46,853 nt of DNA, taken from contig JAJYIE010000006.1 in NCBI GenBank assembly GCA_021790255.1, positions 1 through 46,853 on the forward strand. Direction: 5' to 3'. The position numbers and the translations under genes are program-made. The notes under the pieces are model-generated. The model saw only the letters and a list, made by a program, of their open reading frames with translations, was not told where the DNA came from and ran no database searches. The stretch is from a bacterium. GTDB lineage: Bacteria; Patescibacteriota; Microgenomatia; Daviesbacterales; UBA10151. Below, one piece after another: positions 9,679 to 18,806 of the stretch (within the stretch, counting starts at the first letter, position 1; every line of letters starts with the position of its first letter).

Positions 9679-9972
9679 ATGAGTAAGCCAAAGGAAGAGA
9701 AAAAAATCGAAGTTCCCTTAAATGTTTTGGCAAAACTCTTAACTCCTTCGGAAATCCGGATGTTAAAAAACCGCTGGCATATTATTAACCTTTTAGATGA
9801 TGGTTTAACCATCCGCCAGGCAGCGGCCCAGGCGAAAGTAGGTACGGATACTGTTGTACGGGTAGCTCGGATGGCGGAGAAAAGTGAGGTTAGGAAAGAA
9901 GTTGATAAAGAACTAAACACCCATCGCAAAATAAGAACTAACACTCCCTGGATCTTCGGCAAGAACGAATAA
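9679..9972 (+). CDS. TrpR/YerC-YecD family helix-turn-helix regulator
   Basis: LLTPSEIRMLKNRW..I..LL..G.T.RQ.A....VGTDTVVRVAR pattern of the Trp-repressor fold. ATG 9679 follows a TTGACT...TAATAT promoter. Confidence 0.85.
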   Translation: MSKPKEEKKIEVPLNVLAKLLTPSEIRMLKNRWHIINLLDDGLTIRQAAAQAKVGTDTVVRVARMAEKSEVRKEVDKELNTHRKIRTNTPWIFGKNE

Positions 9973-10772
9973 TGCACAAATACATTAAGGTTTTTAATGT
10001 TTCCTGGCAAAATGAATTTACCTACCGCCTGAATTTTATTCTCTGGCGGATTCGTAACCTGCTGCGTTTTTTGATGACTTATTTTTTATGGTCAGGTATT
10101 TTTATCGGCCAGAGGCAAATTTTCGGTTATTCACAAGAACAGATTATAACTTATGTTTTTTTGGTTCTGATTGTTCAGACATTTGTTACATCTGCTCCAT
10201 CCCAAGACAATATCGGCGGAGAAATTGCCAACGGAGACTTAAGTAATTATTTGCTAAAACCGGTTAGCTATATCAAATACTGGTTTACTCGGGATTTAGC
10301 CAGCAAACTGTTTAACCTGTTTTTTGCCGTTTTTGAAATAACACTGCTGTGGCTGATTTTCCGTCCGGCTGTATTTTTTCCGGCTCAGGTTTTGAGTATT
10401 GCAGGGTTTTTTCTTAGCGTAACCGCGGCAGTTTTTATCAATTATTTTTTAAGCCTTGTAGCCAGGTTTGTAACTTTTTGGACGCCGGAAAACACCTGGG
10501 GAATAGCCTTCGTGGTTTTGGTGCTGATCGAGATACTCGGAGGCGGTATATTCCCTCTGGATGTGCTGCCGAAACCTGCCTTTTTTGCCCTCCAGCTGAC
10601 CCCTTTCCCCTATCTGGTATATTTTCCCATCGCAATTTTTGTGGGAAAAGTAACAGGTTTGTATTTAATTCAGGTACTATTGCAATCGTACGTATGGGTT
10701 TTTATGCTGTACTGGGTGATGATGAAAATCTGGCAGGTGGGTTTGAAAGTATATGGGTCGGAGGGAAGGTAG
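9972..10772 (+). CDS. ABC-2 family permease, copy A2
   Basis: TYR, GDLSNYLLKP, GGGIFPLD and PFPYLVYFP motifs. Paralogue of 7058..7855. Confidence 0.9.
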   Translation: MHKYIKVFNVSWQNEFTYRLNFILWRIRNLLRFLMTYFLWSGIFIGQRQIFGYSQEQIITYVFLVLIVQTFVTSAPSQDNIGGEIANGDLSNYLLKPVSYIKYWFTRDLASKLFNLFFAVFEITLLWLIFRPAVFFPAQVLSIAGFFLSVTAAVFINYFLSLVARFVTFWTPENTWGIAFVVLVLIEILGGGIFPLDVLPKPAFFALQLTPFPYLVYFPIAIFVGKVTGLYLIQVLLQSYVWVFMLYWVMMKIWQVGLKVYGSEGR

Positions 10773-10775
10773 CTT

Positions 10776-11555
10776 ATGAAAGAATTTAAAATCTGGCTAA
10801 GATATACGTCCAACTCATTTCAGCAAACTTTAAGTAACCGGACACTGGTGGCAATTTTTATAACTGGTAAAACTTTACGGATTGCCCTGTTTTTATTGTT
10901 TCTAATATTTTTATTTCAGGGGACCAGGGGAATCGGTGGTTATAATCGAAATCAAATTATTTTTTTCTATCTTTCATTTAATTTTATTGATACCCTGGCG
11001 CAATTGGTGTTTCGTGAAGTTTATAGATTCCGTCCGCTGGTAATTACCGGCGAGCTGGATTTTGTTTTATTAAAACCGCTCAATCCTTTAATCAGAGTGC
11101 TTCTGGGGGGCAGTGATGTTTTAGATCTGATTATGCTGGTTTTAATAGCGGCAGCTACTTTCTGGTTTGGGATAACGCATCTTAATACCAACTTCCCCGG
11201 CTGGATTCTCTATTTCCTGCTTATTGCCAATGGTCTGATGCTGGCAACAGCTTTCCATATTTTTGTTCTGGGGGTAGGTGTAATGACGACTACTGTTGAC
11301 AATCTGGTGATGATTTACCGTGATATGACTTCAATGCTGCGGGTCCCGGTTGATTTATATACTGAACCAATAAGAGCAATACTGACCTTTATTATTCCGC
11401 TGGGAATTATGATAACTTTTCCGGCGAAAGCTTTAATGGGGCTCTTGTCTTGGCAGATGATTACTATTTCTGTGGGCCTGGCAGCAGTTTTAATGTTTTT
11501 GTCTTTGAAGTTTTGGAGTTACGCTTTAAAACAATATTCTTCCGCCAGCAGCTAA
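10776..11555 (+). CDS. ABC-2 family permease, copy B2
   Basis: IGGY, GELDFVLLKP and C-terminal YSSASS. Paralogue of 7852..8637. Confidence 0.9.
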   Translation: MKEFKIWLRYTSNSFQQTLSNRTLVAIFITGKTLRIALFLLFLIFLFQGTRGIGGYNRNQIIFFYLSFNFIDTLAQLVFREVYRFRPLVITGELDFVLLKPLNPLIRVLLGGSDVLDLIMLVLIAAATFWFGITHLNTNFPGWILYFLLIANGLMLATAFHIFVLGVGVMTTTVDNLVMIYRDMTSMLRVPVDLYTEPIRAILTFIIPLGIMITFPAKALMGLLSWQMITISVGLAAVLMFLSLKFWSYALKQYSSASS

Positions 11556-11561
11556 AATATT

Positions 11562-12530
11562 ATGAAGAAAGTATTGGTTATTCTTGGTCCTACCGCCACC
11601 GGTAAGACTGATTTGGGGCTTTTTTTGGCGAAAAAATTTAACGGTGAACTAGTTTCCTGTGATTCGCGGCAAGTTTATAGAGGCTTGGACATTGGCACAG
11701 GTAAGGAAGCAAGTAAAAAGTTAGAAGTAAAAAAACAAAAATGTTTTTGGGAAATTGACGGAATAAAGACTTGGATGTATGACGTAGCAGATCCGCAGAC
11801 GAGGTATGCTGTTAAAGATTATGTTGGTGCTGCCTGTCGGATTATTGATGAAATAACACAAAAAGGTAAATTGCCGATTGTTGTGGGGGGGACAGGGTTA
11901 TATTTGCGGGGGCTTTTAGACGGTTTTTCGAATTTAGCAATTCCGGTGGATGAAAAATTGAGAAGGAAACTGCAGGGTCTCTCCTTACATGAGTTGCAGA
12001 AAAAACTGCAGGAGCTTTCCCCTTCCCGCTGGGAAAAAATGAACGATTCTGACAGATCTAACCCCCGTCGCCTGCTCCGCTCTATCGAATTAGTAATTAT
12101 GTATGGATTCATTGATCAACAGGTAAAATACAGAGGGTTAAACCAGCGGTTTAAAATTTTAAAAATCGGCCTGACTGTTCCCCGCGAGGTTTTAAATAGC
12201 AGAATTGATCTACGCCTGAAAGCTCGTTTGGACCAAGGATTAGTCGAGGAGGCAAAAAAGTTGCAGGCAGAGGGGCTAAGTTTGGAAAGAATGAAAGAAT
12301 TGGGGTTGGAATACAGCGGGTTGGCCCGACTTTTGGGAAAAGAAATTTCGCGGGAGGAGATGATTAAAATTCTCAGTTTAAAAATTCACCAATATGCCAA
12401 GCGTCAGGTGACCTGGTTTAGAAAAGAGCAGGACGTCAACTGGTTCGATATTACCAAGGACAACTTTGCCTTACAGGTAGAAAAATGTGTTCGGGAATGG
12501 TACTATTCAGTTGATGAGCAGACGGATTGA
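11562..12530 (+). CDS. miaA: tRNA dimethylallyltransferase
   Basis: [30 protein letters not shown] and YAKRQVTWF motifs. Confidence 0.98.
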   Translation: MKKVLVILGPTATGKTDLGLFLAKKFNGELVSCDSRQVYRGLDIGTGKEASKKLEVKKQKCFWEIDGIKTWMYDVADPQTRYAVKDYVGAACRIIDEITQKGKLPIVVGGTGLYLRGLLDGFSNLAIPVDEKLRRKLQGLSLHELQKKLQELSPSRWEKMNDSDRSNPRRLLRSIELVIMYGFIDQQVKYRGLNQRFKILKIGLTVPREVLNSRIDLRLKARLDQGLVEEAKKLQAEGLSLERMKELGLEYSGLARLLGKEISREEMIKILSLKIHQYAKRQVTWFRKEQDVNWFDITKDNFALQVEKCVREWYYSVDEQTD

Positions 12531-13482
12531 TATATCCTACAAGACGATTATTTTTATCGCCATTTTTTCTTTGGCGATATGGATTTTTTTCCAAATTTTA
12601 GACGTGTTGCTGCTTTTTTTCGTGGCCTTCATTTTTATGTCGGCTCTCTCCCCCCTGGTAGACCGCCTAATCAGGTGGGGAGTACCAAAAACCGGAGCGG
12701 TGATTTTAATGCTTGTTTTGTTTTTTGCCATACTCGGTTTACTTCTGGGAGTAGGAGTGACTCCCCTGGTCTCTCAGACCGGTCACCTCTATCAAAAATT
12801 AGCAGAAGCTTTAAATGGCTTACTGCAAACTAATCTGATAAATCAATCAACAATCAGCCAGCAGGTCTCTCTGATTTCCACTCAGGCTCTGGGGGTGACC
12901 CTGGATGTGGTAAAAAATCTGGTCAGCTTTATCAGTGTGATTGTAGTGACTTTATACATGCTACTTTATAAGGAAAAGATGGAGAGCCTGGGAACGTCGC
13001 TTTTTATCAGTAACCCGCAGCGGGCCCGCAAGGTTTTGGAACTGATTGAAAGTAAACTGGGAGCCTGGCTACGGGGTCAGATAGTTTTGTCGGTAACAAT
13101 CGGAGTGATGGTTTATATCGGGCTTTTTTTGATCGGCATAGATTTTGCCTTGCCGCTGGCAATTTTAGCAGCGCTTTTGGAGGTAGTGCCGGTAATCGGA
13201 CCAATTATTTCCGCTATCCCGGCAGTGCTTTTGGCCCTGACGGTTTCCCCGGTGGTGGCAGTTATAGTGGCAGTTTTGTATATGGTTATTCAGCAGCTGG
13301 AAGGGCATCTGATTGTACCCCAGGTTATGAAGCGGGCTGTGGGTTTAAATCCCCTGCTGGTAATCCTGGCTATTTCGGTGGGAGGAAGGCTTCTGGGAGT
13401 AGGCGGAGCGCTTCTGGCGGTGCCGATTGCTGTCGTGGTCCAGTTAATTTTGCAGGAAGGCCTCAGTATTGAACTGGAATAA
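12514..13482 (+). CDS. AI-2E family (UPF0118/PerM) transporter
   Basis: [24 protein letters not shown] and GALLAVP motifs. Confidence 0.93.
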   Translation: MSRRIDISYKTIIFIAIFSLAIWIFFQILDVLLLFFVAFIFMSALSPLVDRLIRWGVPKTGAVILMLVLFFAILGLLLGVGVTPLVSQTGHLYQKLAEALNGLLQTNLINQSTISQQVSLISTQALGVTLDVVKNLVSFISVIVVTLYMLLYKEKMESLGTSLFISNPQRARKVLELIESKLGAWLRGQIVLSVTIGVMVYIGLFLIGIDFALPLAILAALLEVVPVIGPIISAIPAVLLALTVSPVVAVIVAVLYMVIQQLEGHLIVPQVMKRAVGLNPLLVILAISVGGRLLGVGGALLAVPIAVVVQLILQEGLSIELE

Positions 13483-13534
13483 TCCGTTTTCCCGGTATAA
13501 TTTGCTCTTAGCCTCAAAATAAGCTAAGATATAC

Positions 13535-13885
13535 GTGCCCAGGAAGCTGGATGATACTTCGCTTAAGGCGGAGAGGAAAGTCCAGACAGCACAGAGCAAG
13601 GTGTCCCGCGTAAGCGGGAAGCCGTAAGGTCTAGTCAGAGCAACAGTGACGAACCGGGTGGCGCCGGGTGAAACGATCAAGCGACCGGATCCTTTTTATG
13701 TCAGGGTTTACCCTGAGCGTAATTAGGGGCAATCCTCCCTGCTGCAATCCTAGAATCAGCCGGGCTGCTCGCCTGATGGCTGAAATGAGGAGCATCCCGC
13801 CCAAAAGGCGGGGCCAGGTGACTAACTATCATTTGGAGATAAATTTCATCTAAAACAGAATCTGGCTTATCGGTTTCCTGGGCAC
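13535..13885 (+). ncRNA. rnpB: RNase P RNA (M1)
   Basis: P1 GTGCCCAGGAA/TTCCTGGGCAC. Conserved GAGGAAAGTCCAGA and AACAGAATCTGGCTTAT with compensatory CCAGA/TCTGG P4 pairing. ACAGTGACGA and GGGTGAAACG motifs present; TATAAT upstream at 13496-13501. Confidence 0.96.
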
Positions 13886-13918
13886 AGATTTTTCTTCTAG
13901 AGCTTCTGCTAAACTGAT

Positions 13919-14221
13919 TTGGTGAATCAATGTGTTGGAGCAGGTGTTGGTTTTCTTGGCGGGTTATGCAGAGTGGTTAGCCAATCAGCCCTATGGGCAA
14001 CACCTAACCTTTATTCCCAGCCTTTTGATTGGTGCATCTGGCAGAGTGATCCATTTGCACCACTGGATTCTATACCTGCTGGTATTGATGCATTGAGTAT
14101 CTGGGCTTTTAAAACTGGGAGAATTTTCCACACGGCGACACTGATGGTTTCCTGTTTCCTGATCTCTGCGACGCTTTACGGTTTTTACAAATTCCCCGGC
14201 TGGCTTCAACTGATTAAATAG
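13919..14221 (+). CDS. Small hypothetical membrane protein
   Basis: 100-aa ORF filling the gap between rnpB and znuB, with hydrophobic N- and C-terminal segments. Confidence 0.45.
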   Translation: MVNQCVGAGVGFLGGLCRVVSQSALWATPNLYSQPFDWCIWQSDPFAPLDSIPAGIDALSIWAFKTGRIFHTATLMVSCFLISATLYGFYKFPGWLQLIK

Positions 14222-14231
14222 TTAAATCGCC

Positions 14232-14284
14232 CACTCCGCGAAGTGGAGAACAAGAAGATACTGCGTGGCGTAAGGCCGCGGCAG
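14232..14284. terminator. Tandem GC-rich hairpins between convergent genes (terminator or REP-like)
   Basis: CCACT-ccgcga-AGTGG and CTGC-GTGGC-gtaag-GCCGC-GGCAG inverted repeats. Confidence 0.4.
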
Positions 14285-14286
14285 AT

Positions 14287-15090
14287 TCATTTTATACCTT
14301 TTTTAAGGGCTAAAGTCAGCAGGAAAATGACCAGCGCTAGAAGGACGATCGCTCCTCCGGCCGGCAGGTCAAGGTAATAAGAGGTAAAAATTCCTACAAT
14401 AACCGAGAATAAGGAGATTGCTTCTGAAATAATTATTGTTTGTTTGAAACTAGCTTTGTACTGCAGAGCCGTAACTACCGGTATTACAATAAGGGCAGCT
14501 ATCAGTAGAACTCCGACAATCGGGATTGACAGCGCTACAGTCAGGGCTGTGGCAATAATCAGAATAATATTTACCAGGTGGGTATGAATACCACTGACAC
14601 TGGCGATTTCCTCATCAAAAGAGACGGCAACTAACTCTTTATAAAACGCTAAAAGCGTAATTATGACAACCACACCGACTGCCCCGATGATGTAAATGTC
14701 CGACTGCCTGACTGTGATAATACTGCCGAAAAGATAACTAAAGAGATCGGCATTAAAGCCGTGTGCTAGGCTGATCAGTATAACCGCAAGCGCCAGACTT
14801 CCGGATAGAAAAATAGCCAAGGCGGATTCGCCATAAACTTTGCGTGAGATCCTTAGCCGTTCAATAGCTACAGAAGAAGCTACTGCGGCAAATAGAGCAG
14901 TTATCAGCGGATTAGTCTGTAGTAGCAAGCCGATGGCCACACCGGCCAGGGAAACATGAGACAGGGTATCGGCAATCAAGGAATAACGCCGCAAAACCAA
15001 AAAAACTCCGATAACCGGAGCAGTCAGGGAGATAATAACTCCCGCTTCCAGCCCTCTGACAATGAATGTATACTGGAATAGATCAAGCAT
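14287..15090 (-). CDS. znuB: Zn/Mn ABC transporter permease
   Basis: ADTLSHVSLAG, YLFGSI and SFDEE motifs. Confidence 0.93.
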   Translation of the reverse strand: MLDLFQYTFIVRGLEAGVIISLTAPVIGVFLVLRRYSLIADTLSHVSLAGVAIGLLLQTNPLITALFAAVASSVAIERLRISRKVYGESALAIFLSGSLALAVILISLAHGFNADLFSYLFGSIITVRQSDIYIIGAVGVVVIITLLAFYKELVAVSFDEEIASVSGIHTHLVNIILIIATALTVALSIPIVGVLLIAALIVIPVVTALQYKASFKQTIIISEAISLFSVIVGIFTSYYLDLPAGGAIVLLALVIFLLTLALKKGIK

Positions 15091-15092
15091 AG

Positions 15093-15878
15093 TCAGTGAG
15101 ATTCAGCATGTTGAGCAACGATCTTTACCCCTTTCCCGTAAAGATCAGATACATCATTCCTTCTGATGAAATCTTTCGGTTTGCTGTCATAAATTAAGGT
15201 CTTATTAACACAGGCAATTTCCGTTACCTCTGTTGCCACGACACTTAAATCGTGCGAAACCAGCACTAAGGTTATACCTAGTTCTTTGTTTAATCGCTGC
15301 AGCAACTTATAGAATTGTTCTTGTGCTTCCTGGTCGACTCCGGCTGTCGGCTCATCCAGAAAGATCACCTCCGGTTCAGCTGCAAGGGCTCTTGCGATGA
15401 ATACCCGCTGTTGTTGCCCTCCGGACATATCTCCAATTAAACGGTTTCGAAAGTTCATCAGATTTACCTGTTTGAGGGCTTCCTCTACCTTTTCGTTATC
15501 AATTTTTTTGGGCCAGCGGAATAAGCCGATTTTAGCACATCTGCCCATAGCCACGACCTCTTTCACGGTGGCCGGAAAATTAATGTCAAAACTAGTTGCC
15601 TTTTGGGAGACATAGCCGATCATTGGCCATTCTTTAAAACTATCAATCTCCTGCCCAAAAATTTTAATGGTTCCACGAGATGGTTTTACAAGGCCAAGAA
15701 TAAGTTTTAAAAGAGTTGTTTTCCCGCCCCCATTTGGGCCGATTATCCCCAGATAATCACCTCTGTGGATATTGAGATTAATGTTTGTTAGAACCTCGTC
15801 CGTGTTGTTGCCGGCGTACGAAAACGAGACGCCTGTTATCTCAATAATATTTTTAGTGTGGTCAATTGTTACTGACAT
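15093..15878 (-). CDS. znuC: Zn/Mn ABC transporter ATPase
   Basis: GPNGGGKTT, MSGGQQQR, LDEPT and VSHD motifs. Confidence 0.93.
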   Translation of the reverse strand: MSVTIDHTKNIIEITGVSFSYAGNNTDEVLTNINLNIHRGDYLGIIGPNGGGKTTLLKLILGLVKPSRGTIKIFGQEIDSFKEWPMIGYVSQKATSFDINFPATVKEVVAMGRCAKIGLFRWPKKIDNEKVEEALKQVNLMNFRNRLIGDMSGGQQQRVFIARALAAEPEVIFLDEPTAGVDQEAQEQFYKLLQRLNKELGITLVLVSHDLSVVATEVTEIACVNKTLIYDSKPKDFIRRNDVSDLYGKGVKIVAQHAESH

Positions 15879-16765
15879 TGTAAGGCTGTACGAAGATTAA
15901 CCAGATTCTGTTGCATCACAGTAAAGTAGTCTTTGCCCTTTTCTATATCATCATTGCTCAGTCCTTCCAAAGGATCAAGGACTAAAGTTTTTGCCCCAAT
16001 CTCGTTCGCCAGAGTTTCTGACAATTTGGGGCTGACCAGACTTTCAAAAAAGATGTATTTTACATTGTGGGTTTTGGCAAATTGGACAATTTGGGCAAGT
16101 TTGGCGGGCGACGGCTCAGCATCTGGTGAAAGTCCTGTGATGGCTACCTGGTTCAACCCATATCGTTTGGTAAGATGCCCGAATGCCGCGTGAGAAGTGA
16201 TGATGTCTTTTTCCCGACAATTGGCCAAACCTTGCCGGTATGATTGATCCATCTGGGCCAACCTAGCTGTTAAGTTTTGAGCATTAGACCGATAGTATAT
16301 GCTGTTTCCCGGATCAGCCTTTTCGAAACCCTTTGCTATTCTGCTAACTTCTATCTCGGCAAGTACGGGGTCTACCCAAACGTGTGGGTCCTGATCATCA
16401 GAAAATAACCCTTCTCCGGCTGTGACTATAGCAACTTGTTTTCCGCTTAACTGGTCCTTAATTTTATTTCCCCACCCTTCGATTCCTCCGTTTATGATGA
16501 GCAGTTTGCCGGTTTCTATGCGGGCCATATCGGCGATTGTTGGTTCAAAATCATGCGGTTCTGATCCGGCCGGAGTAATATTTTGCACCTGAGCCCTGTC
16601 CCCTCCGATCTGCGTGGCAAAATAGTACAAAGGATAAAAGGATGCGCTAACTTGCAGCTTGTTATTTCCGGGAGCGATAACTGCCCGTGAAGAATGTAGG
16701 CTGACCAGGATAAGAAAAACTACCACAGTTAATACTCCTGCGGCAGCCGGCAACCTCTTCTTCAT
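15869..16765 (-). CDS. znuA: Zn/Mn ABC substrate-binding protein (ZnuA/AdcA family)
   Basis: EPHDFEP, DPHVW, SHAAF and LDPLEG metal-binding motifs, with an N-terminal membrane anchor. Confidence 0.92.
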   Translation of the reverse strand: MKKRLPAAAGVLTVVVFLILVSLHSSRAVIAPGNNKLQVSASFYPLYYFATQIGGDRAQVQNITPAGSEPHDFEPTIADMARIETGKLLIINGGIEGWGNKIKDQLSGKQVAIVTAGEGLFSDDQDPHVWVDPVLAEIEVSRIAKGFEKADPGNSIYYRSNAQNLTARLAQMDQSYRQGLANCREKDIITSHAAFGHLTKRYGLNQVAITGLSPDAEPSPAKLAQIVQFAKTHNVKYIFFESLVSPKLSETLANEIGAKTLVLDPLEGLSNDDIEKGKDYFTVMQQNLVNLRTALQCQ

Positions 16766-16828
16766 ATTATGTTTAGGAGTATATCACTGTATTAGTAATT
16801 TTTGTTACACTAATTGCAGGAGTACATC

Positions 16829-18355
16829 ATGCGGCTGTCCATCAAGATATTCTCACTTTTAGTCCTGGTTCTTTCCCTTTGTATTTTTTGGTCTTACTTC
16901 CTGATTACCCAAGTTACTCCTTATGTTGGGGCGTCACTGCCGAATGAAGTGTTCCCCGTTGGGAGCAGTTGGACTATCGACTTTGCTTTTGTCCTGTTTT
17001 TTGCAGTGCTGCCGGCCGTTGCCCTCCTCTGGCTGGTTATTCATAAATTTGTCGTAACACCGATTAATGATCTGGTTACTGCCACCACTTATATTGCCGG
17101 CGGCAATTTGGGTCATACCGTTAAGGTTTCTTCTCATGATGAGCTGGGAACTTTATCCCTGAATATTAATAAGATGGTGAGGAGTCTGGTGGGATCTTTT
17201 CAGGGGATGGCCAGCTCTATCAAACAAACTGAGAACGAGGGCGTTGAGCTGGAAAGCAAGGTCATGGAGCTGGCCCGGGCCAAGGCTCACTCAGATGCCT
17301 TGTTAAACAACATCGGTGAGGGAGTCATGGCAATCGATTCCGCAGGCAGAATAACTTTTGTTAACGGAAAGATTGAATATCTGTTTGGCAGCAAGGGGAA
17401 AAATGCAGTGGGGCAGAACTGGAGTAAGCTTTTGCTATCTTATGAGAAGACAGATAACCATTACCAAATAGCCAACCACCAAATGGTGCTAGACGTTTTG
17501 ATCAACGGAAAACCGATCACCGGCGAGGGCTATTTTATGAGAGATGGCGATGTGATATTTCCAGCCTCGGTTAACATTTCTCCGGTTCGGGTGGGCAGCA
17601 GAATTGAGGGAGTGATCATAATTTTGCGTGATATCACCCGGGAAAAAGAGGTTGATAAAAACAAAAATGAATTTATTACTTTAGCTTCCCATCAATTGCG
17701 GACCCCTTTATCGGCCATGAAATGGTACCTGGAAATGCTTTTGGACGGGACAGTCGGTGAGCTTTCTGACGAGCAGAAAGAGCTGGTAAAAAGCCTGACC
17801 TCATCAGTGGAAAGAATGACCACATTGGTCTACGCTTTTCTGGATATTTCTCGGATTGAGGCAAAACAGGTCATTACCCATCTTCGCCCGACCGATTTGA
17901 ATCCGCTCGTCCGCCAGGTGGTTGACGATTTTAAGATCCTCCTTGATGAAAAAAGCCAGCACATTGAAATCAATATTCCCTCTGATTTGCCGCAGGTGGA
18001 GGTAGATGACCGGTTGATTAAGCAGGTTTACTCTAATTTATTGACAAATTCAATTAAGTATACCCAAAAAGATGGAAATATTAAGGTGGTACTTTATGTA
18101 AAGGACAATCGTATTATCTCTGAAATATCCGATGACGGAGTTGGTATTCCGCAAAGTGAACAAGGAAAGATTTTCCAGAAGTTTTTCCGGGCCACCAACG
18201 TTTTGAAGGTGGACACAGACGGCACCGGCTTGGGGCTTTATCTGGTGAAGCAAATCGTCGAATCTTTCCACGGCAAGATTTGGTTTGAAAGCGCGGAAAA
18301 TGGCGGAACAACCTTTTGGTTCAGCCTACCGTTTTCTGCAAAAAATAATATATAA
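16829..18355 (+). CDS. Sensor histidine kinase (2 TM, HAMP, PAS, HisKA, HATPase)
   Basis: DELG HAMP motif, ASHQLRTPL H-box, NLLTNSIKYT N-box, DDGVGI and GTGLGL. GCAGGAG SD before ATG 16829. Confidence 0.95.
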   Translation: MRLSIKIFSLLVLVLSLCIFWSYFLITQVTPYVGASLPNEVFPVGSSWTIDFAFVLFFAVLPAVALLWLVIHKFVVTPINDLVTATTYIAGGNLGHTVKVSSHDELGTLSLNINKMVRSLVGSFQGMASSIKQTENEGVELESKVMELARAKAHSDALLNNIGEGVMAIDSAGRITFVNGKIEYLFGSKGKNAVGQNWSKLLLSYEKTDNHYQIANHQMVLDVLINGKPITGEGYFMRDGDVIFPASVNISPVRVGSRIEGVIIILRDITREKEVDKNKNEFITLASHQLRTPLSAMKWYLEMLLDGTVGELSDEQKELVKSLTSSVERMTTLVYAFLDISRIEAKQVITHLRPTDLNPLVRQVVDDFKILLDEKSQHIEINIPSDLPQVEVDDRLIKQVYSNLLTNSIKYTQKDGNIKVVLYVKDNRIISEISDDGVGIPQSEQGKIFQKFFRATNVLKVDTDGTGLGLYLVKQIVESFHGKIWFESAENGGTTFWFSLPFSAKNNI

Positions 18356-18367
18356 TAAGGAGTAAGT

Positions 18368-18748
18368 ATGGCCAAAATATTAGTTGTCGAAGACGACCGC
18401 TTTTTGCTGAACGCTTATAAAATTAAGCTGAATAAGGCGGGTTTTGATGTTTCAACTGCTACTAACGGGGAAGAGGCTTTGCAGTCTCTGGAAACAGTCC
18501 GGCCTGATTTAATCCTGCTCGATTTGATACTTCCACAAAAGGACGGTTTTTATTTTTTGCAGCAGTACAAACAAAAATTTCCCAGCTCTCCGGTGCCTGT
18601 AATTGTCCTGTCTAACCTGGGGCAGCAGGAAGATATCGCCAGGGCGCTTAGTTTGGGAGCAAGCTACTATGCGGTCAAAAGTGATATCTCCCTTTCGGAT
18701 CTGGTCAGTACCATCAACGGCTTACTGAGTAAATCTTCTCCAAAATGA
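18368..18748 (+). CDS. Stand-alone response regulator receiver (CheY-like)
   Basis: ILVVEDD, LLDLILP.KDG, conserved S and K. No output domain. Confidence 0.93.
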   Translation: MAKILVVEDDRFLLNAYKIKLNKAGFDVSTATNGEEALQSLETVRPDLILLDLILPQKDGFYFLQQYKQKFPSSPVPVIVLSNLGQQEDIARALSLGASYYAVKSDISLSDLVSTINGLLSKSSPK

Positions 18749-18806
18749 GTCGGCAAAGTGCTGGCCGATGGTGGGTTCTGGAGGTTTATGCTACACTGAT
18801 TTTAGG

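Noticed and set aside
13444-13853. ORFs 13444..13680(-) and 13668..13853(+)
   Set aside because: They overlap the RNase P RNA and are spurious.
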